In this document: positions 1 to 10,633 of the stretch, one piece after another
How positions within the stretch are numbered: position 1 is the stretch's first letter
Layout: the number at the start of each line of letters is the position of its first letter
Origin: an uncultured virus (IMG/VR IMGVR_UViG_3300044294_000547)
Lineage: Duplodnaviria > Heunggongvirae > Uroviricota > Caudoviricetes
Virus record (IMG/VR): IMGVR_UViG_3300044294_000547
Direction: 5' to 3' (one strand)
DNA length: 64,000 nucleotides
Program-made: the position numbers and the translations under genes
The notes under the pieces: generated by a model
The model's input: only the letters and a program-made list of their open reading frames with translations
Database searches by the model: none
Told to the model about the DNA's origin: nothing

Positions 1-3000
1 GTAGAACCTGCAACATCTTGCTCAGCTTCGCCACCTTGAATTAAATAACCATCAGCGTTAACAACTTTGGGGCTTTCAGTCGGATCAACTAAAGATGTGG
101 CAAGAGATTTTGCGTCTGGTACATCAAAGCCGTCACCGTTTACTGCATGGTGATCTGACCGCAGATACAATTCAGAGCCTAGCGACAAGAATGTACCTGA
201 TGGCAGCGACAATGAGGCGCCCCAACTGACAAGTTGTCCGTCTTCCCTTAAGGCGACGCAATAGTTGCTGCCGCAACTCACCGCGACAAATCTACCAGAA
301 GGCAGCGAAGAAAGATCATGCCCACCAGGGGGCTCAACTCCGATGAATACAAGATTGCCTGTGCCATCCACACATACGGCAAAAGTAGAACCCACGGAAA
401 TGTCTCTCCACGAAGATCCTCGTGATGTAAGATCCGATGTAAAAGCCTCAACCACTGCGTCCTGTAATTCGACGTCAGGAGAATAAACTTCCTCAATCCT
501 AACAAACCCCCTTAATATACCTGAATCTGAAATCATCAACATGATCAGCAAATAATTTAAACCATCATAACTGCTATGAGCGGCATTGGTCACCAAGGCA
601 AGACAGCCACTATCCAAAGCATCACTAAAGAATTGTTTCAAGTCATCCGAAGATCCATCGGTTTGCAATTTGCCTTCGGAATTAACATAAGCACAGCCAT
701 TGTCTGTTTCTGATATTTTAATATTCGCGGCACGCTTCTGATATAGTGGGTGGAGAGCAGAAAGACGAAGACTGCCGACACCGGGAGTCAATTTGGCTGT
801 TATTCCCATAAAATCATTTGTGCTTACCCTGACTATCTTGGCGCCCTGATCTCCGCCAAAAAACAAGAACGGACTGACCATATCGACTGGACAAACTAGC
901 GAACCGTCACCCCTATATGGCTCTATCCGCTTGGCACGCAAAAATATAGAATATTCAGTAGAGTCAGCAAACACTGCGCTTTGACTTATAGACCCAATTC
1001 CTCCGTGACCAATTTTGCCTCTGCGTACTTGATGCATCCATTGAAAATTGTAACTATCAGATTGATAAATCGAAGGAGAAAATTGGAAGTCAGAAGACGC
1101 ATTCGGCTGAAGAACTACTGCTCTCGATTGACCTCCCTGCCTTGCAAACGACAGACCAGAATACATAAAACCTGTTGGTGACGCCAACCAGTCATCAACT
1201 GCAGAAAAATTGAAAGCCATATTGATCCAGTCACCGGGATCTGAAGTCGCGCTCAAATAGTCTATGTTGCGAGCCTGTTCAAAAGAATTGGTCTGCTGAA
1301 CAAATCCGCTTGGCATGCTCATGTCAAAAGCACTTAATTGAGAACCATTCGCCATAGACAACTTATTATCCGATATGTCTATGGAACTTATTCTCACAGC
1401 AAATCTGCCTGCTGCCAAACCATTTCTGTAGCCAACGTCGTGATGGCGGAACCAAGATATCGAAGATATGAAAGACCCGAAACACAGGTCAAATTGTCTG
1501 CGACCATCAGAAACATCCACACGCCAATCGTGAGAGATTTGCGGGTCTCCGTTCGCCATGCAAAAAATCATGTTTCTGTGTGCTAACGGGACAAGATCTT
1601 CAGCTTTCTCTGGCCCTTCAAACCTGAGGGGATCAAGGTGTGCTCTAGATGTGCGTATGGCATGTTCGTGGTCTTTTATTAGCATGGATCCAACAGTCAA
1701 CCTAAACTGTTTGGAAACATCTATGATGTGGCTTGACTCATGAATTTCAAACGCATATGGAACGCCGCCATTCCCAGATGAAGATTCGCTAGACACACAA
1801 TATGCAACAACCTTTGCACGACCAGTATATGCTGTTCTCACCAACCCCTCATAATATCTATCACAAGACCCGCCAGCAGACATAACTTCATTACACAAGT
1901 CATCCCAAGTTTGCGTATTCCTTGCAAAGAATCTGACTGTCTCAAGCATTACGCCAACAGTGTAATGACAAACCACCCCGTCGACACCATCAGCGGCAGG
2001 TCTTGTAAATGTCGATAAAGATGGAGTTCTCCAATACGATCCAACCATATCAGAACACTGAAGATTGAAGGAACTTGAACCGCCACTTTCTAGGTATCCT
2101 AGTCCTGAAGTCTGAACAACCCCACTAGGGTTGTAGTGTATGTCGTTCAGTCGCAAACTAGAAATCAGCGGAATGAAGTCTGAAAATTCTCTTGCGCTCT
2201 TTCCTACTGACATGACGTTGTTATCAAAATTAAACAAACCATCATCTCGAACACTGAAGCCTCTCAAGAAATTCTTAAATTCATCGTCCACTGCATCTTC
2301 AGAAGAATTTCTCAAGAATGCGCCTGTGCTAGGCATCTTTGTGTACACAAGCGCGTATTGCCAGTATTCTGATTGAGCAATAGTAATTACAGCACTTCTT
2401 GCTGCATGCTTGACGAGTATTGAAGAATAAAATGTAGATGCATTATCTAAAGTCCTACTTGACAGAGATGCATGACGGCCCAAAACAGTACCGCGATCTG
2501 TTTCAACACCTAATATGTCTGTTGTAAATGATATAGAACATGTAGTTGGTCTATAATCTGGAGGTATTGCAACTAGATGGGCCGCTATGTAATCACCGAC
2601 CCTGAAACCCGAAAGTTTGTTAGTGTCATCAGCCAATTCCGTATTTACAAAGATTCTATCTTGCTCGCCCCTGAAGAACGGAGATGTCCCATAGAAATCA
2701 GTTCTGATTTGCACTCCATCGCTAGCAGAAAAAACATCGGATATGACTGGATTGATTATTATTGCAGAGCCAGGCAGTATGTGGGCATCAAATGAAAACG
2801 ATGGCTGTATATCAATGTCTGCATCAACCATGTAGCCTATCGACTTATGTGTTCCATCAAACTGCCTTCCTGAATCATCAGTGTAGTATGGAATAATTGC
2901 GCAACATTTTGATTGAAGCGGACTGTAATCTAGGCACACCGAGTCTGACCTTGGCATTGCCACGGATGCCCCTGCATCTGCAACCTTTATCCACCCCGTC

Positions 3001-5642
3001 CTAATTGATATTGGAGTCGAGGATGCGGCAACAATCAACCTCACCTGGAAAATGTCGTCAACAGGATGAAGCATTAAGGAGAAATCAAAACTCTTCTTAT
3101 CCGAAGAGAGTGTGAATTCGCCATTTGAAAAACTTGCACTACCTGCTCTGCTTGGGAATGTTATACCTGTAGGACTAAATATTTTGTCAGTGAAAGACAT
3201 CTCAGACTTCTGCCCTGCTATTGACAATATAACTCCATTGAAAGATATTCTGCCACTGTATTGCTGATTTGAAGTATTGGCAGATGGGTCTATATGGAGG
3301 ATAACAGTCTCGACTAGGTCTCCATTTGAGACTTGTTGAAATTGTGCTATATTCCCATCCGTGTCGAGCACATTGGAAATAAAAGAACTTGGGTTATCTC
3401 CATCAAACATAATATTAAATGGACAGGCTCCCAAAAACTCTCTTTTTATATATGCGGAAGAAGACGGTATCACATTACGCAAAAAGTTTGAAGAGTTGAA
3501 CGGCAACTCTAAAATTCCACTTGAAGACTCGAGCGACAGCACGGATGACACGCGTTTTTCTGGCGCAACAATAGGGCTTGTGTCTTCAGATGATGATCTA
3601 CAGAAATCGGCAACAAGCGCTTTAGATGAAAATATAGGAGAATCTGGACCTATGACGGCATACGCAACAAAAGTGCCATCTCCGACATCTCGCTCCCAAG
3701 CTATATGCATGTTCCCATATCTATCATCAAACACGCGTGGGCGCCTATTATCTCCATTATAAGTCAGTTGCAGCCAAGATCCGTTGGATGCCCGTTCCTT
3801 ATCTATTGGAAGCTCAGAGTACATAAACAATTGGTTAAAGCTATCGACTTGACTCTGACACAACACGCGACAAGATGACGATATGGCCGGATAAACACAG
3901 GATGCGGGTTGTCCAAGATTATCCTCACGAACATTCAAAGAAATTTCTGACACGGAGGCTGCTTCACTTTCCAAGCCAGACAAGAACGCAACATGAACGC
4001 ACGGGATGTCATCGGAAATGACTATGCCGCCCGGTCTGTTTATGCCAGGGCAAGCCTGAAGCCTCACTGAGTCTGAGCTAGATTTGACGTAAGAAAATAC
4101 AGTACCCCTGAAGGGACCACTCAAGAATGCGAGCGTACCCATGTCGCTGACGCCATGTTCAGATAAATCTTTTATCGTGGTACACCTGAAAGTTGCCGAT
4201 GCTCCACTGAATTGCTGAACAGTTATGGCGTTGCCACCCAAACTACTGAGAACCTGCCCAGCAAGAAGAGAGAACCTAGACTCAGAATATACATCTATTC
4301 TATCATTAATAATTTCTGCATAAATCCCTGAAGACTTCAAGACGATGTCTTCGTTTATCTGGTCAGCAAGTGATTGCAAGGCAGAAGGAGACCATATTGC
4401 ACTGAGAGATATCTCCTGACTTTCACGCAACCTTATAACTATAGCGGCGACTCCAGATGGATTTTGGTTTGGACGCACGGAATGCGTGAAGGCGGGAGGC
4501 TTAATAATCAGTCCACGTCCAATTGCCGCCGGCATCACCTTGGCTGCAGAAGATGAACTTGCCACAAAAACCTGTGTCACAGGCATAGACTGCCTCACCG
4601 AGACATCGCAATCGCTAGCCTGCGAAGATTCTTCTATGTATGGCTTGCAGTATGAAACCCAAGCACCATGATTGAAGATATTCAAACCCCTGTCATCCGA
4701 ATCATGTGCAGGAAAAAGAGATGAATAAGACTGAGACTTAGGATCGAAGAATTTTGCAGCAACCGACACATGGTCGATGAGATTACACCCACCAGATATG
4801 GATGCAAACTTGCTGCTGAAACCTTCACCGACACTTATATATTGCGAGTCTAAATGTGTAAGTTCTTGCTCGGTTTCAGACCCATAGGGGTCATACAGCC
4901 GACCAACAATAGCCAAATCAGAGCAAGGTGCCTCTTGAGATACAAACCTGAGACCTTGGTCTGGAGATGATGTTGGATCTAGAACCACACAACCAGGTCT
5001 TGCTGGATCATTTGTGGCGGCAAGTGTCCTCAGCACAGAAGGTACAAAGTGCACATCAGATCCACCGTAAAACCAGTTTTCTTCATTGTCAGATATGTTG
5101 ATCGGAACACGAACCAATGAATATGCCGACATCTGATCTTGTGAGAAAATTTGGTTGGCGGTGAACTTAAATACAGACCTGCCTTTCTTGTTGGTGCGAC
5201 CTGCATATTTCTTTTCTCCGATTCCTATTCTGAAAACTGACGAGGCAGGCCCGTCCACAACGATATTGCACTTGTCGCCATGAGCCACAAATTCTGGAGA
5301 AGCGCGCACATAAAAATTTTTGCTCTTACCCGTTTTGGGCCTATTAACAAGGGTTGCACATATAGCCTCGGATCCAAATCCATCTTCCACATGGCAAAAT
5401 ATTGCGAAATCATCGCTAGTCGGACGAACCTTTACAACTCCAACAATAGACGCTGACTCAGCAGTTGATTTATGTAGCCATGTCTTACCGCCATCGGTTG
5501 AGACTGGCAAAGAACCACCACGAGAGGCATCCTCTATAGAGAATTTGCAACCCACTGCGCCATCAAGATCTAAATTGAAATGAACCTCCCTGCCACCTTG
5601 GTAAGATTTCACATCAGTAATGTAGAGTTTTGGCTGTTCCAT
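1..5642 (-). CDS. Very large (>1880 aa) putative tail/virion protein with RCC1-like repeats, 3'-truncated by the window edge
   Basis: Absent from the ORF track, consistent with having no stop inside the window. ATG at 5642 (MEQPKLYITDVK) sits 2 nt after the upstream stop, and the frame was open where spot-checked (~960-1020 and 1-60). RCC1-like segments ISVGSTFAVCVDGTGNL and VSCGSNYCVALREDGQLVSWG lie at ~215-420. Confidence 0.8.
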   Translation of the reverse strand, partial: MEQPKLYITDVKSYQGGREVHFNLDLDGAVGCKFSIEDASRGGSLPVSTDGGKTWLHKSTAESASIVGVVKVRPTSDDFAIFCHVEDGFGSEAICATLVNRPKTGKSKNFYVRASPEFVAHGDKCNIVVDGPASSVFRIGIGEKKYAGRTNKKGRSVFKFTANQIFSQDQMSAYSLVRVPINISDNEENWFYGGSDVHFVPSVLRTLAATNDPARPGCVVLDPTSSPDQGLRFVSQEAPCSDLAIVGRLYDPYGSETEQELTHLDSQYISVGEGFSSKFASISGGCNLIDHVSVAAKFFDPKSQSYSSLFPAHDSDDRGLNIFNHGAWVSYCKPYIEESSQASDCDVSVRQSMPVTQVFVASSSSAAKVMPAAIGRGLIIKPPAFTHSVRPNQNPSGVAAIVIRLRESQEISLSAIWSPSALQSLADQINEDIVLKSSGIYAEIINDRIDVYSESRFSLLAGQVLSSLGGNAITVQQFSGASATFRCTTIKDLSEHGVSDMGTLAFLSGPFRGTVFSYVKSSSDSVRLQACPGINRPGGIVISDDIPCVHVAFLSGLESEAASVSEISLNVREDNLGQPASCVYPAISSSCRVLCQSQVDSFNQLFMYSELPIDKERASNGSWLQLTYNGDNRRPRVFDDRYGNMHIAWERDVGDGTFVAYAVIGPDSPIFSSKALVADFCRSSSEDTSPIVAPEKRVSSVLSLESSSGILELPFNSSNFLRNVIPSSSAYIKREFLGACPFNIMFDGDNPSSFISNVLDTDGNIAQFQQVSNGDLVETVILHIDPSANTSNQQYSGRISFNGVILSIAGQKSEMSFTDKIFSPTGITFPSRAGSASFSNGEFTLSSDKKSFDFSLMLHPVDDIFQVRLIVAASSTPISIRTGWIKVADAGASVAMPRSDSVCLDYSPLQSKCCAIIPYYTDDSGRQFDGTHKSIGYMVDADIDIQPSFSFDAHILPGSAIIINPVISDVFSASDGVQIRTDFYGTSPFFRGEQDRIFVNTELADDTNKLSGFRVGDYIAAHLVAIPPDYRPTTCSISFTTDILGVETDRGTVLGRHASLSSRTLDNASTFYSSILVKHAARSAVITIAQSEYWQYALVYTKMPSTGAFLRNSSEDAVDDEFKNFLRGFSVRDDGLFNFDNNVMSVGKSAREFSDFIPLISSLRLNDIHYNPSGVVQTSGLGYLESGGSSSFNLQCSDMVGSYWRTPSLSTFTRPAADGVDGVVCHYTVGVMLETVRFFARNTQTWDDLCNEVMSAGGSCDRYYEGLVRTAYTGRAKVVAYCVSSESSSGNGGVPYAFEIHESSHIIDVSKQFRLTVGSMLIKDHEHAIRTSRAHLDPLRFEGPEKAEDLVPLAHRNMIFCMANGDPQISHDWRVDVSDGRRQFDLCFGSFISSISWFRHHDVGYRNGLAAGRFAVRISSIDISDNKLSMANGSQLSAFDMSMPSGFVQQTNSFEQARNIDYLSATSDPGDWINMAFNFSAVDDWLASPTGFMYSGLSFARQGGQSRAVVLQPNASSDFQFSPSIYQSDSYNFQWMHQVRRGKIGHGGIGSISQSAVFADSTEYSIFLRAKRIEPYRGDGSLVCPVDMVSPFLFFGGDQGAKIVRVSTNDFMGITAKLTPGVGSLRLSALHPLYQKRAANIKISETDNGCAYVNSEGKLQTDGSSDDLKQFFSDALDSGCLALVTNAAHSSYDGLNYLLIMLMISDSGILRGFVRIEEVYSPDVELQDAVVEAFTSDLTSRGSSWRDISVGSTFAVCVDGTGNLVFIGVEPPGGHDLSSLPSGRFVAVSCGSNYCVALREDGQLVSWGASLSLPSGTFLSLGSELYLRSDHHAVNGDGFDVPDAKSLATSLVDPTESPKVVNADGYLIQGGEAEQDVAGS

Positions 5643-5644
5643 GG

Positions 5645-6703
5645 TCAGTTCAAAGCCTCCGACATTCGCTTTCTAACCGCAGCAAGCGAAAACATTTCTT
5701 CGGCCCTTTTTTTTGCATTTTTTGCCTTTTGGGATGCAATGTCATAGTATTTTTCAACAGCTTCAGCGACTGCCCTCCCCACCGACTCCGATGTAATAAC
5801 TGGCCAATATTTTGAAGAAAATTGCGGGTATCCATCCATAGAAGCCTGCTCCAAACCTGATGGTTCTATTACTAGACCGCAAGAATCGTCAAAAAAATCA
5901 GAAATTCCACCCGACCGTGTGCTCAACACGGGAACACCAGCCGCCATGGCCTGAGCAACGGGTAGACAAAATCCCTCACCCCTTGAAGCGCATAGAAAGG
6001 CGTGGCAAGACGAATACAGCCCTGCCATGCTTTTCTCCGTCAACTCACCCTCAACAATCATAAAACGGTTCCTAAGCGATTCAGGCACGATCCTGACCAC
6101 CTCCGCACGTGCGGCATGGGGTCTGTCTGTCTTTAAGACAAGACAAACCGGATGCCCGGCAGACATAGCGATAGAACATCCAAGAATTAGTGAAGACCAA
6201 TTTTTTCTAGCTTTCCAAGCACCCACTGACAATATGACAAAATCGCCTCCATCATAACCCTTGGGATAGGAACGAAAATATAGATCTCCGACCATGTGAT
6301 TTATCACAGAAGATGGTTTTTCTACCCCCGCTTTTTCAAATACTGACTTACAAAACTTGCTTGGATACCAAATGTTGGAACATTTTGAGTTTATAGTTTT
6401 TATCCAATCTGCAGGAGGATTTTCGCATTCAAATGTGCATATTCCCACCGTCATTTCCGAGCCCTGAGAGAGACCATTCCATCTTGGCGGTATAGAGTGC
6501 CATATGCTCACTTGGGCGACTCCTGAAAAGTCATGCTGCAATGCTTGGGTGTCTTCATGCGACATCCATGGCTGATTTATCATTGGATGCATACTTTTGA
6601 CCCTAACCTTATGCCCACAAGACCTGAGCACATGTAAATAGCCAAGGGCGGCATGCCCGAACCCCGTGTTGTTTATGAAACAGGCATATTCTACTTTAAG
6701 CAT
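5645..6703 (-). CDS. GT-B glycosyltransferase (GT4-like)
   Basis: N-terminal TGFGHAA, TFE, SVGAWKARKNW, and SRGEGFCLPVAQAMAAGVPVL signature (second Glu replaced by Gln). Confidence 0.9.
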   Translation of the reverse strand: MLKVEYACFINNTGFGHAALGYLHVLRSCGHKVRVKSMHPMINQPWMSHEDTQALQHDFSGVAQVSIWHSIPPRWNGLSQGSEMTVGICTFECENPPADWIKTINSKCSNIWYPSKFCKSVFEKAGVEKPSSVINHMVGDLYFRSYPKGYDGGDFVILSVGAWKARKNWSSLILGCSIAMSAGHPVCLVLKTDRPHAARAEVVRIVPESLRNRFMIVEGELTEKSMAGLYSSCHAFLCASRGEGFCLPVAQAMAAGVPVLSTRSGGISDFFDDSCGLVIEPSGLEQASMDGYPQFSSKYWPVITSESVGRAVAEAVEKYYDIASQKAKNAKKRAEEMFSLAAVRKRMSEALN

Positions 6704-6704
6704 T

Positions 6705-9700
6705 TCATGTGCTGATCATCGTCAGTCCAGGGAGGGTTTCTCGAGCGTCATGGATAATCCCAAGAGTTCCATTAGAAAGATTTTCCACAACCTGTCCAAA
6801 AGAATCCACCCTAACAATCCTACCAGCACTTGAACCTATAGCGCTTTCAGCCACAAGAAAAAGACCATCAGCAGTCACGGAAACATCAGAGGCGTACAGT
6901 CCATCAGGACATGTGTACTGAAATGCCCTAGTTCCATCAGACTCGTTCACCACGACTACCCTACCCCTGTAACTCGCGTGCTTGGCAAGTGCCTGACCGA
7001 CGAATGCATCAACCTCCCAAAAGTTTATCGGAGGTTCCGTTCCTGACTCAAAATCCACACCAGAAAGCAAAAGTCTGCCATCGTCAAATATAACAGCACT
7101 GCCAAGAGTAAAATCAGAAACAGCAAAACTTGTGGCTCCACCAAACGCAAAAACTCCAGCCCAATCTGACTTTCTCAATTTGACAACGGTAGGTACAGTA
7201 GGCTGCTGACCTTCTTCTTCATCATCTACCTCCTCTTCAATAACCGTAATTCTCAATTGTATATCAGAAGGAGAAAAATTAGTCTCAACAAGAGTGCCAT
7301 TGTCCTCCTGCTCAATACGAACCCGCAAATTTAGAAGATAGGTCGTTCCGACCATCGCTTGGGCGTTCGCACCTGAGGTTATGGTCAATATGGAACTAAA
7401 AGCACGATCTTGTTTTACTTTGACAGTCCCAGAAAAAGCCGGAGTGCCCTGGAGCACAGGGGGGATGTGTCCGGGTTTTTCTGGATCATTGATGAAAGAA
7501 ACTACGTATGGATTTCCATTAGGGTCTATTGATTGATCATCTGGGAATCGATATAAAACTCTAAATTCGAGACCATCACCTTCGGCAGCTATGTTGAGAA
7601 AATATTCGTCTGAGTCTGGACGCAAACCAGCACGTATCCTGTCAAAATTAATTGTACTGTTGCAAACTAACCAATAATCTCCAGCATCCTCAGCAGATAC
7701 AGGATGGTACACTGAATTTAGGTAGGTGAAATCACCCACAAACAACCTAAGACCATTGAGTGTGTAATTTGCGGCAAGCAGACTAGAATTAGTATACGAT
7801 GTTCTACCAACTACAGAAGGTTCCAATCTGCAGAAAATTTGCAAACCTGCGTCTCTTCCCTGGGTGGCAAGGAGCACTTTGTCGGTGGACAATTTTATCT
7901 GAAACACATTAGGTGGTCTACCATCAGTTATCACCTCATCAAGAGCATTTCCTTTAACCGAGGTTGATCCAATCACAAGTGTGAACTTACTCTTGTCTGC
8001 ATTTGCTGCAAAAATTACATCGTCAGAAAAAACCATTTGTAAAATTCTAGTGAAGGGATTCAGAACAGCACACAATGGAACAAACTGGCCTCCAGTTGGA
8101 AGAGGCTCTGCATTGCCGACGCCCCTAACGAATTTTGCGTCTCTAGATATCTGAAGAACTCTGTTATTGTATGTATCAGAAACTAAATAACTCTTATCTG
8201 AAACTCGTGATATTGAACTGACTTGGTCGAATCCAATAGTAGGCAATCCATTTGCAGACAAGACGCTAGATGGTCTTGAAGACTGAGAAGGAGATATGGG
8301 AAGATCAGCACCCATATATCCAAATTCTGAGAAAAGACTATCATCAAGTTGCTGTATAGAGTCGTTTGAAGCATAAAAAATCTTTTTAATTTCTAGCGGA
8401 GGCTTAATTCGCACGCTAGCAAGACCAGAATTGGAATCAACAATTTCTGCATTACTCAATGTGCATAAAGACCATTGATCTCTGCGAGAAAAAACAAATC
8501 CAGATTCATTCCCAGTAGTTTTGATCAATATAGAAAAATCTTTGAATAATGGGGCTTCAGATCGATCACTATTTGCCCTCAAAGACACCTCAATATCCAC
8601 TATCGTTGCAGAAACATTCAATAATTCTCCCGTTGGCGGAAGAGGCCCTTCGAAAAGCGCAGCATCCACATCTGCAAATGAATTCCCGTATCTGTATCGC
8701 AATTCAATAGCAGAAGTTGGGGGTATATTACTAGAATTCCATTCTATTGCCTGAATAATAAATGGGGAGTTTGCCACATATCTGTAGCGTGCAAAGCCTG
8801 CTGCTTTAAAAATAACCTCAGTAGCACTCGCAGTGGATGTTCGCACATCGTCTATGTTGAAAGAAAAATCAACCGATCCATCTTCTACCTCAAATACCAT
8901 GGAAGTTATTGATTCGCGCTCAAATGGCGTGAGATTGTATTCAATCAACTTGAAGTTATCCATAGCGGGGTCTGAATTGGTGGTGATCTCATTTGCAGTG
9001 AGAACTATTGCTTTTGCAGTAGTGGTAGCAGTGGTATCTGTCGTGCCTTGGTTGATCAGGTAAAAAGAAACTACAGGGTGAACATCTGCTATGCACCTGA
9101 TGTACATGAACAACTTGTTAAAATTACTCCAGTTGCTATTGCTTGATATTATTTTACGGAATATGACTTTGTTTTTCACCCCAGATCGCAATTTAACTGA
9201 CTTAACTCCATCGGTTTGCACAGAAACATCACCACTGATACCAACAGTGCTTCCGATATTATCAACCGCAAAAGAAAAACCAGGAACTCCAGAATCAGCG
9301 CCATTTTCAAAACTATCAGCAAACAAAACAGTCTCTTCATTTATTGTTGATGCAAGCGTGATCCCCGTATTTTCGCCAGATAGGACAAATATGTTTTGGT
9401 GGGCGTAGTGAGACTTCAATTCATCTTCAGTGTCAAATCTGATGATGCTTATGGTACCTGCGGTCTGCTTTTTGCCTGCTATACATCCGCTATTAGGTGA
9501 ATAAACTGCGGTTGTGGCTCCGAAATCCACAATACTGTCAGTGGATGTGCCAGGAACATAAGTTATCGTGTTGACATGGTAATCAGCATGATTGGGATGA
9601 GATTTTCTGAAAGCAATATTCTGATGGAGTTGATTGACAGCAGTGACCTCACCAAGCAACACTCTGTCTGAAGTTTGTAGAGACCTAGCCAGAGATTCAA

Positions 9701-10373
9701 GCCCAGCATGACTGAGTGTTCCTGCATTCTTTAATTCAGAATGTTTCATCCTTGGCATGCGCTCATATGCTATCTGACCAGACGCTATCTGCTCAGCATC
9801 TAAGTCACCCACCCTAGCCCCTGGAAGAAAATTCTTAACCTCTCTGAGGAGATCTATTCTTGAAGGTGAGCCGCGATGCTTATGCTTGGCTATTTCAGAA
9901 AGCACGAGAGATCGAAATGATATTTGCTGCTTGACGGAATTATCAATCTGATTGATGACGCCTGCCCCAGATGTGACCTTAGCAAGCCTGATGGCATTTG
10001 GCAGACTGTATATGGGAGACCAAAATATTGAACCATTGCTTGGACCAAAGCCTGGAACAACTCGGAGGAAAACATAAACAGTGTCATCTGAAGGCAATCC
10101 AGAAAGTTGGGCAGGGCTGTCTATGTATAAGGCTCTACCTTGGGCAAAAGCCACACCAGGAGACACATACACATTCGTACCACCCTGAGAACTGATTGCT
10201 GTGGTAACAGACATTCCTGAAACCACACCGTTCCCAAAAAGGGAGTACATGCCAAAGATTTGTCTATCAATCGTTAGGAATCTTTCCTGCTCCAAACGCA
10301 CGCTTACAGCCGCGTCTAGCCTGTCGCGGAAGTCAAAGTATCCCAAACCGTAATAGGGCGTCCGACCTGCCAC
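6705..10373 (-). CDS. Large tail/baseplate-associated protein with carbohydrate-binding-like and C-terminal beta-propeller-like regions
   Basis: 1222 aa, GTG start, in the tail-tip cluster. N-terminal GVVSGMSV..VSPGVAF virion-type motif, CBM-like NWSNFNKLFMYIR...FNIDDVR, NHL-like YLVSDTYNNRVLQI and FLVAES..GRIVRVD. Confidence 0.65.
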   Translation of the reverse strand: MAGRTPYYGLGYFDFRDRLDAAVSVRLEQERFLTIDRQIFGMYSLFGNGVVSGMSVTTAISSQGGTNVYVSPGVAFAQGRALYIDSPAQLSGLPSDDTVYVFLRVVPGFGPSNGSIFWSPIYSLPNAIRLAKVTSGAGVINQIDNSVKQQISFRSLVLSEIAKHKHRGSPSRIDLLREVKNFLPGARVGDLDAEQIASGQIAYERMPRMKHSELKNAGTLSHAGLESLARSLQTSDRVLLGEVTAVNQLHQNIAFRKSHPNHADYHVNTITYVPGTSTDSIVDFGATTAVYSPNSGCIAGKKQTAGTISIIRFDTEDELKSHYAHQNIFVLSGENTGITLASTINEETVLFADSFENGADSGVPGFSFAVDNIGSTVGISGDVSVQTDGVKSVKLRSGVKNKVIFRKIISSNSNWSNFNKLFMYIRCIADVHPVVSFYLINQGTTDTTATTTAKAIVLTANEITTNSDPAMDNFKLIEYNLTPFERESITSMVFEVEDGSVDFSFNIDDVRTSTASATEVIFKAAGFARYRYVANSPFIIQAIEWNSSNIPPTSAIELRYRYGNSFADVDAALFEGPLPPTGELLNVSATIVDIEVSLRANSDRSEAPLFKDFSILIKTTGNESGFVFSRRDQWSLCTLSNAEIVDSNSGLASVRIKPPLEIKKIFYASNDSIQQLDDSLFSEFGYMGADLPISPSQSSRPSSVLSANGLPTIGFDQVSSISRVSDKSYLVSDTYNNRVLQISRDAKFVRGVGNAEPLPTGGQFVPLCAVLNPFTRILQMVFSDDVIFAANADKSKFTLVIGSTSVKGNALDEVITDGRPPNVFQIKLSTDKVLLATQGRDAGLQIFCRLEPSVVGRTSYTNSSLLAANYTLNGLRLFVGDFTYLNSVYHPVSAEDAGDYWLVCNSTINFDRIRAGLRPDSDEYFLNIAAEGDGLEFRVLYRFPDDQSIDPNGNPYVVSFINDPEKPGHIPPVLQGTPAFSGTVKVKQDRAFSSILTITSGANAQAMVGTTYLLNLRVRIEQEDNGTLVETNFSPSDIQLRITVIEEEVDDEEEGQQPTVPTVVKLRKSDWAGVFAFGGATSFAVSDFTLGSAVIFDDGRLLLSGVDFESGTEPPINFWEVDAFVGQALAKHASYRGRVVVVNESDGTRAFQYTCPDGLYASDVSVTADGLFLVAESAIGSSAGRIVRVDSFGQVVENLSNGTLGIIHDARETLPGLTMIST

Positions 10374-10375
10374 TT

Positions 10376-10582
10376 TTACCTCGACACGGTGCCGTTTCTA
10401 ACTCCAATCCTTGCCTCGCCTGCCGAATTTATGGAAGACAGCGGAGTCAGGCTAGTTCCTAGCGTTCCTTCTAACTCTCTCTGAGCAGCATCATTTCCTT
10501 GAGTCTTCCCCAATTCTTCTAGAATTACAGCACGTATAGTCTGCATCATATACCTGCCTGCGTCATTAATTTTTTCATTCAT
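10376..10582 (-). CDS. Small hypothetical tail-region protein (68 aa)
   Basis: GAGGAG Shine-Dalgarno upstream of the ATG; fills the gap between two large tail genes. Confidence 0.7.
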   Translation of the reverse strand: MNEKINDAGRYMMQTIRAVILEELGKTQGNDAAQRELEGTLGTSLTPLSSINSAGEARIGVRNGTVSR

Positions 10583-10633
10583 GATTGTCTCCTCGATTGT
10601 TTCACTTTTTTTAGACTATAACCTACAAAGTTT

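Noticed and set aside
1..5640. Apparent 5.6-kb non-coding or recoded region
   Set aside because: It is explained by one minus-strand ORF running off the edge; TAA, TAG and TGA all serve as real stops elsewhere, so no recoding is needed.
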